The notes under the pieces are model-generated. The model saw only the letters and a program-made list of their open reading frames with translations, had not been told where the DNA came from and did no database searches. A stretch of DNA of 64,000 nt from Planctomycetota bacterium (GTDB lineage Bacteria > Planctomycetota > B15-G4). Positions within the stretch are counted from its first letter, which is position 1, and each line of letters opens with the position of its first letter. A program made the translations under genes and the position numbers. The stretch is taken from positions 1,696,001 through 1,760,000 of the forward strand of contig CBDFJQ010000002.1 of the NCBI GenBank assembly GCA_965248575.1. Reading direction: 5' to 3'. This document shows, one piece after another, positions 10,821 through 20,418 of this stretch.

Positions 10821-11867
10821 TCAGGGTTCAGTAGGAGTCTCGGTGACCTCGCTGGTCTCGCCCGCCTCAGAGTGCCTGGCGGGGAGCTGCAGATTGATGA
10901 TCGCGGAAAGGTCGGCGATCGTCACCGTGCGAGGCACGAAAGCCATGAAGTCCACGTCTGTCGCCGTGCTCGTCGTGTCGAGAGTGGGCGACCAATCGCC
11001 AGGGCGGCGGCCTTGCCCGGGGCGGTCGAAACTCGAATGCAGCGTGGGCGTCTGCACCGTGGCGATGTTGCCGGTGATGGCACCGGGGCGATCCAATACG
11101 AGCGTGTGGGAGACGACATCACCACCGATCTGGATGCGACTGTCGGCGGACGTCGTCATCAGCACACCATCCGGCATGCAGACGGCGAGGCCAGGCAGGA
11201 AGTCAGCCGGCTCGATGCGGAGGTTTCCGGTGATCACCGCGCACGGGACAGTCGTGTCGTCGAAGTCCCCGAAGGGGTCTTCGAGCAAGGCGTCCTCGGA
11301 CACCAGGCAGCCGTTGATCACCACGTTGTCCATGTAGAGCGCCGAGGTGTTCTCCACCACGACGATGCCGTCGAGCACCACGTTGGTCAGGGTGGTTTGG
11401 CCGCCATAGCGGTGCTTCGGAATGGTCGTGTCCAGCATGGCCGCCTGGAGAGCCACCGAATCGATGCGTGGCAAGGCGTCAGGGTGGTTCGAGATCTCGA
11501 GCGGAATCCACGACATCTCTGCGAGCGCCGTGGCACCGATGCCGTCATCACCCACGGCACGCACCAACATGCGCGTGCGGGAACTCGTCACGGAGTTGGT
11601 CTCCACCTCAGCCTCGCTCGTGCCGGAGGCCACCATGGATCCCGTGAGGGATTCGCCGGCAAGAACGGCCTTGCGAGCGACTTCCGTGCCTGACTCAAAA
11701 GCCGCACGGCCACTGAGAGCCCGGGCCGAGAGAGTCGAGTCGCGGCGACCCGCATCCACATGGCGGATGTACGCGGTGCCCATCACTGCGATCACGGAAA
11801 TCACGAGCAAAACGGCAACGACGACGAATCCCGACTGGCGGCATGACTGCAGGTCATGAGTCTTCAT
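10821..11867 (-). CDS. PilX/GspK-like minor pilin (copy 2)
   Basis: QSG|FVVVAVLLVI, a prepilin-like N-terminus lacking Glu5, followed by AAFESG and a beta-rich C-terminal domain. Paralog of 20402-21415. Confidence 0.7.
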   Translation of the reverse strand: MKTHDLQSCRQSGFVVVAVLLVISVIAVMGTAYIRHVDAGRRDSTLSARALSGRAAFESGTEVARKAVLAGESLTGSMVASGTSEAEVETNSVTSSRTRMLVRAVGDDGIGATALAEMSWIPLEISNHPDALPRIDSVALQAAMLDTTIPKHRYGGQTTLTNVVLDGIVVVENTSALYMDNVVINGCLVSEDALLEDPFGDFDDTTVPCAVITGNLRIEPADFLPGLAVCMPDGVLMTTSADSRIQIGGDVVSHTLVLDRPGAITGNIATVQTPTLHSSFDRPGQGRRPGDWSPTLDTTSTATDVDFMAFVPRTVTIADLSAIINLQLPARHSEAGETSEVTETPTEP

Positions 11868-12400
11868 GGCGTGAGGAACCAGCGATAGGTGTCAATGGCG
11901 GTGCCGTCCTTGCTGACGGTCACCGAGAGCTGATAGAGCTTCTTGTCGCCCTTCTTGAGTTCTGTCAACACGCTGTCGGTCGTGGCGTGCTTGAGGTCTT
12001 CGAGCCCGTAGACCACGAGCCCCACATCCTGCCTCCAGGCGGTCATGCCAACGTCGGCGTTCCCCGTCGCGCGGATCGGCGGTGAGAAGGACGCCCCAAC
12101 CAAGGAGTCCAAGGCGACGACGCTGGCCCCGGACGTCACCCCATAGGTACCGCTGGGCTTCGCAGGGAGCAGTTGAGCAATCTCGTAGATCTCCTGCGCC
12201 AGCCCTTGAGCCACCACGGGGTCGCCGAGCTCCTCTTCCACCTTCACGCGCGCTGCCGAAGCCATGGCCCAGGACGTGCTGATCAACGCCACACCGACGA
12301 GCACCGTGGCGACCATCACCTCAAGCAGGGTGAAGCCTGCTTGTAGCTTCGCCGCACGACGGTCTGATGTCGTGGCACCATGAATGCTGAGGGATTGCAT
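11864..12400 (-). CDS. Minor pilin, PilV/GspI-like (copy 2)
   Basis: QAG|FTLLEVMVA signal. Paralog of 21470-22015. Confidence 0.85.
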   Translation of the reverse strand: MQSLSIHGATTSDRRAAKLQAGFTLLEVMVATVLVGVALISTSWAMASAARVKVEEELGDPVVAQGLAQEIYEIAQLLPAKPSGTYGVTSGASVVALDSLVGASFSPPIRATGNADVGMTAWRQDVGLVVYGLEDLKHATTDSVLTELKKGDKKLYQLSVTVSKDGTAIDTYRWFLTP

Positions 12401-12527
12401 GGGGACATCCGGGGAAGGAGGAGCGGCATCAGCACTGCCTTCGAAGAGCCGTGGGCCTACGGATGCTCCAGGACGACCGCTGCTGCTTGTGCAGGCACGG
12501 CGCGTTCCCGGGGTTCCGAGCTCTGGG

Positions 12528-13655
12528 TTACTTCATGACTTGGCTGATGGCGAACATGGGCATGATCAGACTTGAGACGATGAGCGCGACGACCGCACCC
12601 ATACCGATCGTCATGGCGGGTTCGATGACTGCAACGAATGCCTTGATTGCCGACTCGACCTTCTTCTCGTGGTGAACCGTGATCTTGGCCAACACTGTGG
12701 GCAAGGTGCCCGAGCGCTCACCCAAGGAGATCATCGCCGCTTCTGCCGGCGGGATGAGCGGGTTGTCCATCAAGGTCTCGGAGATGTCGTGGCCATTCTC
12801 CACCTTCGACTTCGTGTTTTCCCAGAGCTCCACATAGCGCTGGTTGCCGGACACGTCGGCGGCCAACTGCAAGGCCTCCAGGACGTTCAAGCCAGCGTTC
12901 ATCATCACGCCGAGCACGTGAAAGGAGCGGGAGATGGAGACGGCCTTGATGAGCTTTCCGAAAGCCGGCACCTTCAGGAAGAAGGGGTCGAAGATGCGCC
13001 GCCCTTCCTGTGAGCGGATCGCCCAGACGACAGCGCCCAAGGCCACAACCATCGTCGGCAGCAGCCAGGCACCATGGGCCCGCAGCACATCGGAGAGATT
13101 CAGGAAGAAGCGCGTCGGCGCCGGCAACTTCTCAGGCTGGTCGCCAAAGAGGTCGGCGAACTTCGGGAACACGTTGATCAGCAGGAAGATCACCACACAG
13201 GTGGCCATGACAGCCATGAAGGCCGGGTAGGCCATGGCGCCGCGTACCTTCTTGCGGGTGGAGATATCGCGCTCCATGAAGTCTGCGACCTTCATGAGCA
13301 TGGCACCCAGGTCACCGGTCATCTCACCGGCCCGCACCAGGGCCAGGGCGACGGGCGAGAAAGCCCAACCCTCCAGCGCCATGGATTGAGAAAGTGGCTT
13401 GCCATTCTCAACCCCGCGCCGAATGTTGCCCACGAACTCCGCCAACTGCGGGGTTGCGGCCTGCTTCTCCAGGACTTCGAGCGCCAGAGAGAGGTTCAAA
13501 CCCGTCTCGAACATGATCGCCAGCTGCGTGACGATGTCGAGGATCTGGTCCTGCGGCACCTGCATGCGCTTGACGCCAATGCGTACCGAGTCCTTGAGCT
13601 TGTCGAAGCCAGAGGGGGCACCCAAGCCGACAGTGGGTTCAAGGCCGGTCGTCAT
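12528..13655 (-). CDS. Type II secretion F / PilC platform protein
   Basis: Two GspF repeats (AGEMTGDL, GERSGTL), AMAYPAF, IEPAMTI, and three transmembrane segments. Confidence 0.93.
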   Translation of the reverse strand: MTTGLEPTVGLGAPSGFDKLKDSVRIGVKRMQVPQDQILDIVTQLAIMFETGLNLSLALEVLEKQAATPQLAEFVGNIRRGVENGKPLSQSMALEGWAFSPVALALVRAGEMTGDLGAMLMKVADFMERDISTRKKVRGAMAYPAFMAVMATCVVIFLLINVFPKFADLFGDQPEKLPAPTRFFLNLSDVLRAHGAWLLPTMVVALGAVVWAIRSQEGRRIFDPFFLKVPAFGKLIKAVSISRSFHVLGVMMNAGLNVLEALQLAADVSGNQRYVELWENTKSKVENGHDISETLMDNPLIPPAEAAMISLGERSGTLPTVLAKITVHHEKKVESAIKAFVAVIEPAMTIGMGAVVALIVSSLIMPMFAISQVMK

Positions 13656-15385
13656 CGTTTCATCTCCGCCACGCGCGTCACTTCGTCAAAGGTGGTTTGC
13701 CCTGCGGCAACCTTGAGCAAGCCGTCGTAGGCCAGCAGTTTGTGACCTTGCTTGGCAGCCAGGGCACGAAGGTTCGAGAGCGAGGGGTTCTCGGTGATCA
13801 CGTCCCGAGTGACGTCATCGATCTGGTAAAGCTCGTGAATCCCGAGCCGGCCGGAGTACCCGAGTCCGGAGCAAGACTTGCAGCCCTCGCCGCGAGCCAC
13901 CGATTCCACAGGCAGCTCCATCAGCTCGAAGGCGGTCCGAATGCGGTCCGAAGGCGCTTCCTCGATCTTGCAATCGGCGCAAATCCGTCGCACAAGCCGC
14001 TGAGCCAGGATGGCGTTGATCGCCGCGGCCAACAGGAAGGACTCCACGCCCATGTACACGAGTCGCGTGATGGCCGCGATGGCGTCGTTTGTGTGCAGGG
14101 TCGAGAACACCAGGTGACCGGTGAGGGCCGCCTCGACGGCGATCTTGGCCGTCTCGGTGTCACGAATTTCGCCGACCATCATGACGTCGGGGTCCTGACG
14201 CAGCAGGGCGCGAAGGGCGGATGCGAAGGTCAATCCGGCCCGTTCGTTCACCTGCATCTGGTTCACCAGGGGCAAGCTGTACTCGGTCGGGTCCTCAACC
14301 GTGCAGATATTCCGATCGATGGAGTTGATGGTGGCCAAGGCCGAATAGAGCGTCGTGGTCTTGCCGGAACCCGTGGGCCCCGTAACCAGGATGACACCGT
14401 TCGGTTGCTTCACCTGCTCGCTGAGGCCTTCCAGGATCGTAGGGCTCAAACCGAGAGCACGCAGGTCCCCCAACATCGAGTTGCGATCCAGGATTCGAAT
14501 CACGACCTTCTCACCGCAGTAGGCGGGAATGATCGAGATACGCAGGTCGATGGCACGCCCGCTCGCATTCACCCGCATGCGGCCGTCCTGAGGTGAACGG
14601 CGTTCGGCGATGTCGAGGGCCGACATGATCTTGATGCGCGAGACGATGGCTGAGGCCAGGCCGAGCGGCGGCTTGATCTTCTCATCCACCCGCAACACGC
14701 CGTCGACACGAAAGCGGACGCGGAGCTCGGTCTCATCCGGCTCGATGTGGATATCCGAGGCGTGGTCCTGGATGGCCTTCAGGATGATGGCGTTCACGAA
14801 ACGCACGACGGGCGAGGTCCCTGCCTTGGCCTCGAGCGCGTCGATCTCGTCGATGGACGAATCAATCAGCTCCAGCTCATCCACTTCGCCGACTTCACCA
14901 CCCACTTCGCGGATGATGTCGTCCACCATGAGATCGGTGATGGCATCGTTGGACTGGTTCAGTCCTTTGGAGATCTCGTCTGAAGAAGCCACCACAAGGC
15001 GCAGCTTGAGGCTCGTCAGCCGGCGCAGCGCATCGATCGTGAACAGGTCCGTGGGATCGGCGATGGCGCAGGTCAACTCACCGTGCACCCGGTACAGGGG
15101 CAGCACCGAGCGGCTGCGAGCCCAGTCCTTGTCCAGTAGATCCGAGAGGCCCGAGTCACCCAAGCCGGCAATCAAGCGCACGAACGGCAGGCCATTCTGG
15201 ATGGCCACGACCTTCAGCAGGGTCTCTTCATCCACGATCCCGAGGCGTACCAGCCGATCGGCAAGACTCTCGTGATCTGATGCGGGCGAAGACTCCACTC
15301 CACGTTGGAGCTCATCGGGCGAAACCAGCCCCGACTCCTTCAATGTGCGCTCAAGCTGCGAATGACTGAGACCTACGACGGTCAT
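13652..15385 (-). CDS. GspE/PilB assembly ATPase
   Basis: ASDIHIEP, LDIAERRSPQDGR, GPTGSGKTTTLY, LRQDPDVMMVGEIRD, GHLVFSTLHTN and a tetracysteine motif (CADC...CKSC). Confidence 0.95.
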   Translation of the reverse strand: MTVVGLSHSQLERTLKESGLVSPDELQRGVESSPASDHESLADRLVRLGIVDEETLLKVVAIQNGLPFVRLIAGLGDSGLSDLLDKDWARSRSVLPLYRVHGELTCAIADPTDLFTIDALRRLTSLKLRLVVASSDEISKGLNQSNDAITDLMVDDIIREVGGEVGEVDELELIDSSIDEIDALEAKAGTSPVVRFVNAIILKAIQDHASDIHIEPDETELRVRFRVDGVLRVDEKIKPPLGLASAIVSRIKIMSALDIAERRSPQDGRMRVNASGRAIDLRISIIPAYCGEKVVIRILDRNSMLGDLRALGLSPTILEGLSEQVKQPNGVILVTGPTGSGKTTTLYSALATINSIDRNICTVEDPTEYSLPLVNQMQVNERAGLTFASALRALLRQDPDVMMVGEIRDTETAKIAVEAALTGHLVFSTLHTNDAIAAITRLVYMGVESFLLAAAINAILAQRLVRRICADCKIEEAPSDRIRTAFELMELPVESVARGEGCKSCSGLGYSGRLGIHELYQIDDVTRDVITENPSLSNLRALAAKQGHKLLAYDGLLKVAAGQTTFDEVTRVAEMKR

Positions 15386-15747
15386 GTCTTCGAACTCCCA
15401 TTCACAGGTTCGTGAACCGACGCGTCAGGCTCCGCTGCCACCGATTGGTCGGCACCGGCCCCCATGCCGTCCACGCGAACGTTCAGGCGCTCGGCGATGC
15501 CGGTGATGAACAGCGCCTGGTAGAACACCAGGGACGGCCGATCGATGAGCACTTCCATGCCCCGACTCTTGGCCAAGGCCTCGAACTCCAGCAGGGCCTC
15601 CAAGGTCAGCGAGTCAAAGTCGATCACCTTTGAAGTGTCGACGTGAAAGCTCGTGACACCCTGGTCCATGAGCTCAGTCAGCGACTTACCCAACTGGGTC
15701 AGCGCCGTCTGGTTCAGTTCCCTACCTGCCTCCACCCGCTGAATCAT
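15382..15747 (-). CDS. STAS-domain (anti-sigma antagonist-like) protein
   Basis: VDTSKVIDFDSLTLEALL resembles the STAS core D-x-S-x-V-x-x-x-D-S. 121 aa, translationally coupled to the ATPase. Confidence 0.7.
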   Translation of the reverse strand: MIQRVEAGRELNQTALTQLGKSLTELMDQGVTSFHVDTSKVIDFDSLTLEALLEFEALAKSRGMEVLIDRPSLVFYQALFITGIAERLNVRVDGMGAGADQSVAAEPDASVHEPVNGSSKT

Positions 15748-15753
15748 GTGGCC

Positions 15754-17406
15754 TCACTCTCCGCTGTTTGCCGCCGACTGCAGCGCGCGGCGGTCGGCCA
15801 TGCGGGCGTCGATTTCGAGGGAAAGTTCAATCACGCCATCAGCGAGGGGGTCCAGTGCGATGACACGGTCACAGAGCGCGCGGGCCTCGGAGAGGTTGTC
15901 CTTCTCGAAGGCTTCCTTGGCCTCGTCAAAGGTGCGCTTGGCGTGCGTGCGGCGGGCAACCGGGCCGAACCCATCAACGAACAGCTCGCCGTTGCTCTTG
16001 GCCTCGTCGATGAGCAGCTGACCGTCTTCGAAGGTCTCGCCATCCTCGAGGATGTGGGGCGTGATCATCACGATGATCTCGCTGCGCTCGATCTCGGTCG
16101 TCTCCTTGGAGAACAACCAGCCGATGAGGGGCAGGTATCCCAGGAACGGGACGCGGCTGATGTTCTGCACCTCGCGCGTCTCGATCAGGCCACCGATCAC
16201 CACCGTCTCGTCGTCACGCAACATCACGTTGGTGGAGACCTCAGAGGTGTTCTCGGTGGGCAGACCCGTGGTCGGGTCCACGATGCCACTGGAGCGCTCG
16301 GGGTGGATCTCGAGACGCACGAAGCCATCGTTGCTGATGAAGGGGCGGAAGCGCAGCTGCGTGCCGACGTCCAGGAACTCCACCGTCTGCTGGCTGATGC
16401 CATCGCTGACCGTGGTGCCGCCGAAGTAGCCCAGGCGTCCACCGACGATGATCTCACCCTGCATCTTGTTCAGGGCCAGGACCTCGGTGTTGGCGAGGAC
16501 GTTCGTGTCGACCGTGTTCTGGAGAGCCTCGAGGAAGACGGAAACGTCCTGCCCGACGAAGCCGAGGCGCAAGCCACCGCTGTTCGGACCCTCCGTGAAG
16601 CCGCTCTGCGTGAAGGACTTGGTGCCGTCCGGCGTGATGAAGGGCGAGCCTGCAGCCACACCGGCCGGGCCCAACTGGCCGGGCACGAGGGTGGTCGGGC
16701 CGCTGAACACAGTCTGCGGTGCCGCGCTGCTCTCGAAGTTCGGGAAGCTGGCCTCGCCGATGATCTGGAAGTCGACACCGAAGCGGTTGGTCTCATCCAG
16801 GATGACCTGGACGATGGTCGCCTCCACGAGCACCTGGCGCGGGCGCAGGTCGAGCTGCCGGAACATGCCCGAGATGCGATCGATCGTCTCCTGATTGTCG
16901 ATGACGATCAGCATCTCCTGCAGCGTGCTGTTGATGCCGCCGGTGTTGTCCTCACCCGTAGTGATGCCCGTCTCAGGAGCCGGGCTGACCACGATGCTGC
17001 CGAAAGCCGACAGGAACTTGACCAGGTAGACCTGCATCTCTGCGGCCGAGCGGTAGTTGGGGAAGAAGACCTTCTCGACCAGCGGCTTCTGGATCAGTGA
17101 GATCTGGCCAGCTTCGAGGATCGTGTAGACCTGACCATCGAAGTACCAGCCGAGGCCGAGAGGTCCGAGGATCCAGTCGAGCGCGTCCTCAAGCTCAGCG
17201 TCGAAGAAGTTCACTGTGACGGGACGGTTCGTGTCGACACCCGCGACGATGTTCACCGTCTGCTGAACAGAGATCAGCTCGATGACTTGGCCGAGGGAGG
17301 CATCGCGAACGTTGAGGGTGATCTTGTCGGAAGATTCCTCCTGCGCCAGGACTGGCGCGGAGAGCACAAACAGGATCAGGCAGGACAAGAGCGTACGCAT
17401 GGTCAA
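15754..17406 (-). CDS. Secretin (GspD/PilQ family)
   Basis: Signal peptide, ITLNVRDASL N0 domain, LDLRPRQVLVEATIV, TVVIGGLI, VPFLGYLPLIGWLF, IIVMITPHIL. Ends in a short TPR-like helical tail. Confidence 0.94.
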   Translation of the reverse strand: MTMRTLLSCLILFVLSAPVLAQEESSDKITLNVRDASLGQVIELISVQQTVNIVAGVDTNRPVTVNFFDAELEDALDWILGPLGLGWYFDGQVYTILEAGQISLIQKPLVEKVFFPNYRSAAEMQVYLVKFLSAFGSIVVSPAPETGITTGEDNTGGINSTLQEMLIVIDNQETIDRISGMFRQLDLRPRQVLVEATIVQVILDETNRFGVDFQIIGEASFPNFESSAAPQTVFSGPTTLVPGQLGPAGVAAGSPFITPDGTKSFTQSGFTEGPNSGGLRLGFVGQDVSVFLEALQNTVDTNVLANTEVLALNKMQGEIIVGGRLGYFGGTTVSDGISQQTVEFLDVGTQLRFRPFISNDGFVRLEIHPERSSGIVDPTTGLPTENTSEVSTNVMLRDDETVVIGGLIETREVQNISRVPFLGYLPLIGWLFSKETTEIERSEIIVMITPHILEDGETFEDGQLLIDEAKSNGELFVDGFGPVARRTHAKRTFDEAKEAFEKDNLSEARALCDRVIALDPLADGVIELSLEIDARMADRRALQSAANSGE

Positions 17407-17477
17407 AGCACCCTGAGTGGGATAGAGGAAGACCCCGCTATCGACGCGTGGCCAACCAAGCTTGAGTCGTTGCTAAA

Positions 17478-18029
17478 TCAGAGGTTGCGACGGTTTTTCA
17501 CTTGCAACAACGGCATCTCGACGGAGATGCGTGAGCGCGTCGGGGACTCGAGTCCGACCGCACGGGTGTCGATGGAAACCAGCTTCCAACCCTGGACGAT
17601 GTCGCCCAGGAAATGGGTCTCGCCATCGATGACGGCCACGGGCTTCTGACCAGAGGTCATGGTCCCGTTGACGATGATGGATGGGGCCGGAATCTCGTCG
17701 ATCGTGGTGTCCACGGGGGCCGCCGTGCTCCAGAAGCTCTCGAACGGGCTGCGGCTGACGCTGTCCGCGTCACCCTGCTCGCTCAGTGCTTCGTTGTCGG
17801 GTGCAGCGCTCAGCGCAACAGCCTCGCCGATGCGATCCGCGGAGGCTGCCAGGCCCCCTGTCGCGACCTCGAGTGCAGGCTCCGTCGCAGCCACCGCGTC
17901 CTCACCACCGGAGAACTGCGAGGCCAGTACAGCCACCAGGACAGCGGTCAGGCTGCCAAGAACGATGAGCTGCATCTTGTTCTTTGACGCACCGCGAGCG
18001 GCCGCCATGTTCGTATTGGGCGTTTTCAT
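17478..18029 (-). CDS. Putative PilP/GspC-like alignment protein
   Basis: N-terminal transmembrane helix, RSPF motif, and a C-terminal VNGTM...AVIDG...GDIVQGWKLVSID HR-like domain. Lies just before the secretin gene. Confidence 0.6.
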   Translation of the reverse strand: MKTPNTNMAAARGASKNKMQLIVLGSLTAVLVAVLASQFSGGEDAVAATEPALEVATGGLAASADRIGEAVALSAAPDNEALSEQGDADSVSRSPFESFWSTAAPVDTTIDEIPAPSIIVNGTMTSGQKPVAVIDGETHFLGDIVQGWKLVSIDTRAVGLESPTRSRISVEMPLLQVKNRRNL

Positions 18030-18547
18030 GATTCGTTCTCGAGCAAGACGGCGATCTGCATCTTGATGCGCCGCTCCTCATCTCCGGGCTGGATCTCAAG
18101 CTTCAGGACACGGGTCACCCACGTGAGTGTTTCGAGTCCCTTGAGGAAGTTGTGGAGTTGGAATGCATCCCCCTCCACCACGAGCGAAATGGCAAAGCTA
18201 GGCACGTCCCCCAGGCCGAAACCATTCTGGCGGTCCATGCTGATACGGCTCATCCCCGAACTGCGGATCTCCCGGTGGAGCGCTGTCTCCAACTCGTTGC
18301 GCGCCTCGGGCGTGTCCGGGCAAAGGGAGAAGTCGCGGTCCGAGAAGCTGGCCCGCACGACTTCGATCTCGTCTTGGACCGCAGCGAGCTGCTGCGGCAC
18401 CGTCGACTCCACGGAGTCGTTCTGCTCCAGCGTGACCAGGGAGCTTTCGAGCTCCGTGATGGACGTGTGCACCGGGTACAGCACGCCACCGCACAGGACG
18501 AGCAAGGCGAGTGCGGTCACCGCCACATGTGTGGAAAAGGACATCAT
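18026..18547 (-). CDS. Putative PilO/GspM-like protein
   Basis: Transmembrane helix, coiled coil, then an LVVEGDAFQLHNFLKGLE ferredoxin-like motif. Position in the operon fits. Confidence 0.7.
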   Translation of the reverse strand: MMSFSTHVAVTALALLVLCGGVLYPVHTSITELESSLVTLEQNDSVESTVPQQLAAVQDEIEVVRASFSDRDFSLCPDTPEARNELETALHREIRSSGMSRISMDRQNGFGLGDVPSFAISLVVEGDAFQLHNFLKGLETLTWVTRVLKLEIQPGDEERRIKMQIAVLLENES

Positions 18548-19881
18548 CGGGTCTCCGCAGTGGCGTGGATGCGGAAGCGTTCTCCGCCCGCACCGTTGGC
18601 AAGAATCACACGCTGGCTGGCCTCGATGCGCACATCGCTGAACGCACCGGTTGCCAGGAGGGCGTCAGCGAAAACACGCACTTCGCCGTCGCCTCCAGCC
18701 AATCCATTAAGTGCTGCCACCAACTGCCGAGAGCCCTTGTCTGCGGACCTCATGTCGTCGATGGTGATGATCTCGAGCAGCAGGTTCTCGGGCGCCGAGT
18801 TGGCGATGATCCCGAACAACAGGGACATCTTGTGTCCCGGACGAACGCCAGCCATATGCGCCGAGTTCGTCTGCTCCTTGATCAACTCAGCCTGCATGGC
18901 AGCAAGCTGGAGTTCGCCAGCCTGCTGGCTGTCGACACGATCCTGGATCAGCGTATTCTGGGTCTGCAGGTTGTCGATGCGCTGGTAGCCGAGTAGGCCC
19001 GCAGTCAGCACCAGGGCACCCGCAGCGGCGCTCATGTAGGCCCGCACGCGACGGATCCGACGCTTCTTGCGGATCACGCGCTCTGCGTCCGGAGTGAACT
19101 CCGTCAGAATGGTGCCGTCCGTTCCAAGGCCCGTCGCAGACGCGTCCTCGACCAGTTCGGCTGGCGCACTGACCACCATGCCAAGGTCCTGGGCCATGGA
19201 CTGCAGGTCTGTGTCCTGGACGCCGCTGCATGTCAGCACCGAGAAGGAGTCCGTCGACAACAGGGAGGCAGCCCGGCTGATGGTGGCCCTCAACTCCACA
19301 TGGGAGATGGGCCGCTCGACGATGCGGCAGAACAGGAGACGCCCGTCGATGCCAGCCTGCACGACGTCGGCAGTGTCCGTGCGCACCAGGCGCACCTGCA
19401 TGCCGTCACCGGTCCAGGCACGCCACGCAGCAAGAGCCGCAGCCTCGACAGCATGCACCTGGAGCTGAAGCTCCCGGCAGGCTGTCATGACCTTGGAGAT
19501 GCGCTCGTGGAGCACCGCAGCGTGGATCACCATCGAGGGTCCCGTACCCGTGGGCGAACTGGCTACAGCCACGCCCAAGGCAGCGTTTTCCTCGTTGAAC
19601 ACCGGATCGCCCTTCAGGCGCTCGGCGCACACGGCACGAGCCGACTTGGTCGCACCTGGCGGCACGACCAAGGACTCCACGAGGACGTTTTTGCCCTCGA
19701 TACCAATGGAAACGTCCTTCCCCACGAATGGGGAGGACGTGAGGAGCTGCTTTAAGCTCTTTCGGAAGTCCCCCTCAAGGGGGACAGCGGCCGTGACCAA
19801 CCTGCCTTCGATGCGTTGTGCACCGCGCAGGGCATGGTCGGCGACCACAACACCGATCCTGCTCGCCTTCTTTGCCTTCAA
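18544..19881 (-). CDS. Putative PilM-PilN (GspL-like) fused protein
   Basis: Cytoplasmic degenerate actin-like region (AVEAAALAAWRA), a basic RKKRRIRR stretch with a transmembrane helix, a coiled coil, and a PilN-like LNGLA...FADAL...FSDVRI domain. Confidence 0.62.
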   Translation of the reverse strand: MKAKKASRIGVVVADHALRGAQRIEGRLVTAAVPLEGDFRKSLKQLLTSSPFVGKDVSIGIEGKNVLVESLVVPPGATKSARAVCAERLKGDPVFNEENAALGVAVASSPTGTGPSMVIHAAVLHERISKVMTACRELQLQVHAVEAAALAAWRAWTGDGMQVRLVRTDTADVVQAGIDGRLLFCRIVERPISHVELRATISRAASLLSTDSFSVLTCSGVQDTDLQSMAQDLGMVVSAPAELVEDASATGLGTDGTILTEFTPDAERVIRKKRRIRRVRAYMSAAAGALVLTAGLLGYQRIDNLQTQNTLIQDRVDSQQAGELQLAAMQAELIKEQTNSAHMAGVRPGHKMSLLFGIIANSAPENLLLEIITIDDMRSADKGSRQLVAALNGLAGGDGEVRVFADALLATGAFSDVRIEASQRVILANGAGGERFRIHATAETR

Positions 19882-19914
19882 GACTCATCCTCCGGCTCGC
19901 GTGAGAAGCCACGC

Positions 19915-20418
19915 CTACTGGCTTATCGGCACTTCGGCCAGCTCACCCGTAGCCGTATTGATGCGCAGTGATCGACTCACTCCTCCAGCAGAGATGATCA
20001 CGTCCACGGGGTAGACCAAGATTCCACGGTCATCGAACATCACGAGCGAACGGTTGAGAGGATTTGCCACATAATCGATGGAGATGCCCGCTGGCTGCCC
20101 CGGGTCGCTCAGGCGCAAGGCGTACAGGCTGTGGGTCAGCGGGTCTTCCTGGGCCACGCCCTGGGCGTTCACCACGGCAATCCACTGGCCCTGGACGTTC
20201 ACGAAGGCGCTCATCTTCTCGCCCGTGTGGTAGGCGAGGGATTGGGCGTGGTCGATGGCGTCCTGAAGCTGCAGCTGAACCATGTCCAGCTTGCGCTCAT
20301 TGTCGGGAGAAGCGTTGGGCAGGGCGATGACCGCCAGGAAGGCGATCACGCTGACCGACACCATCAACTCCATGATGGTGAAACCGCGGTTCTTGCTGTT
20401 CTTAGTTACTGAAAACAT
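19915..20418 (-). CDS. Minor pilin/pseudopilin, FimT/GspH-like (copy 1)
   Basis: NRG|FTIMELMVSVSVIAFLAVIALP class III signal. Confidence 0.88.
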   Translation of the reverse strand: MFSVTKNSKNRGFTIMELMVSVSVIAFLAVIALPNASPDNERKLDMVQLQLQDAIDHAQSLAYHTGEKMSAFVNVQGQWIAVVNAQGVAQEDPLTHSLYALRLSDPGQPAGISIDYVANPLNRSLVMFDDRGILVYPVDVIISAGGVSRSLRINTATGELAEVPISQ

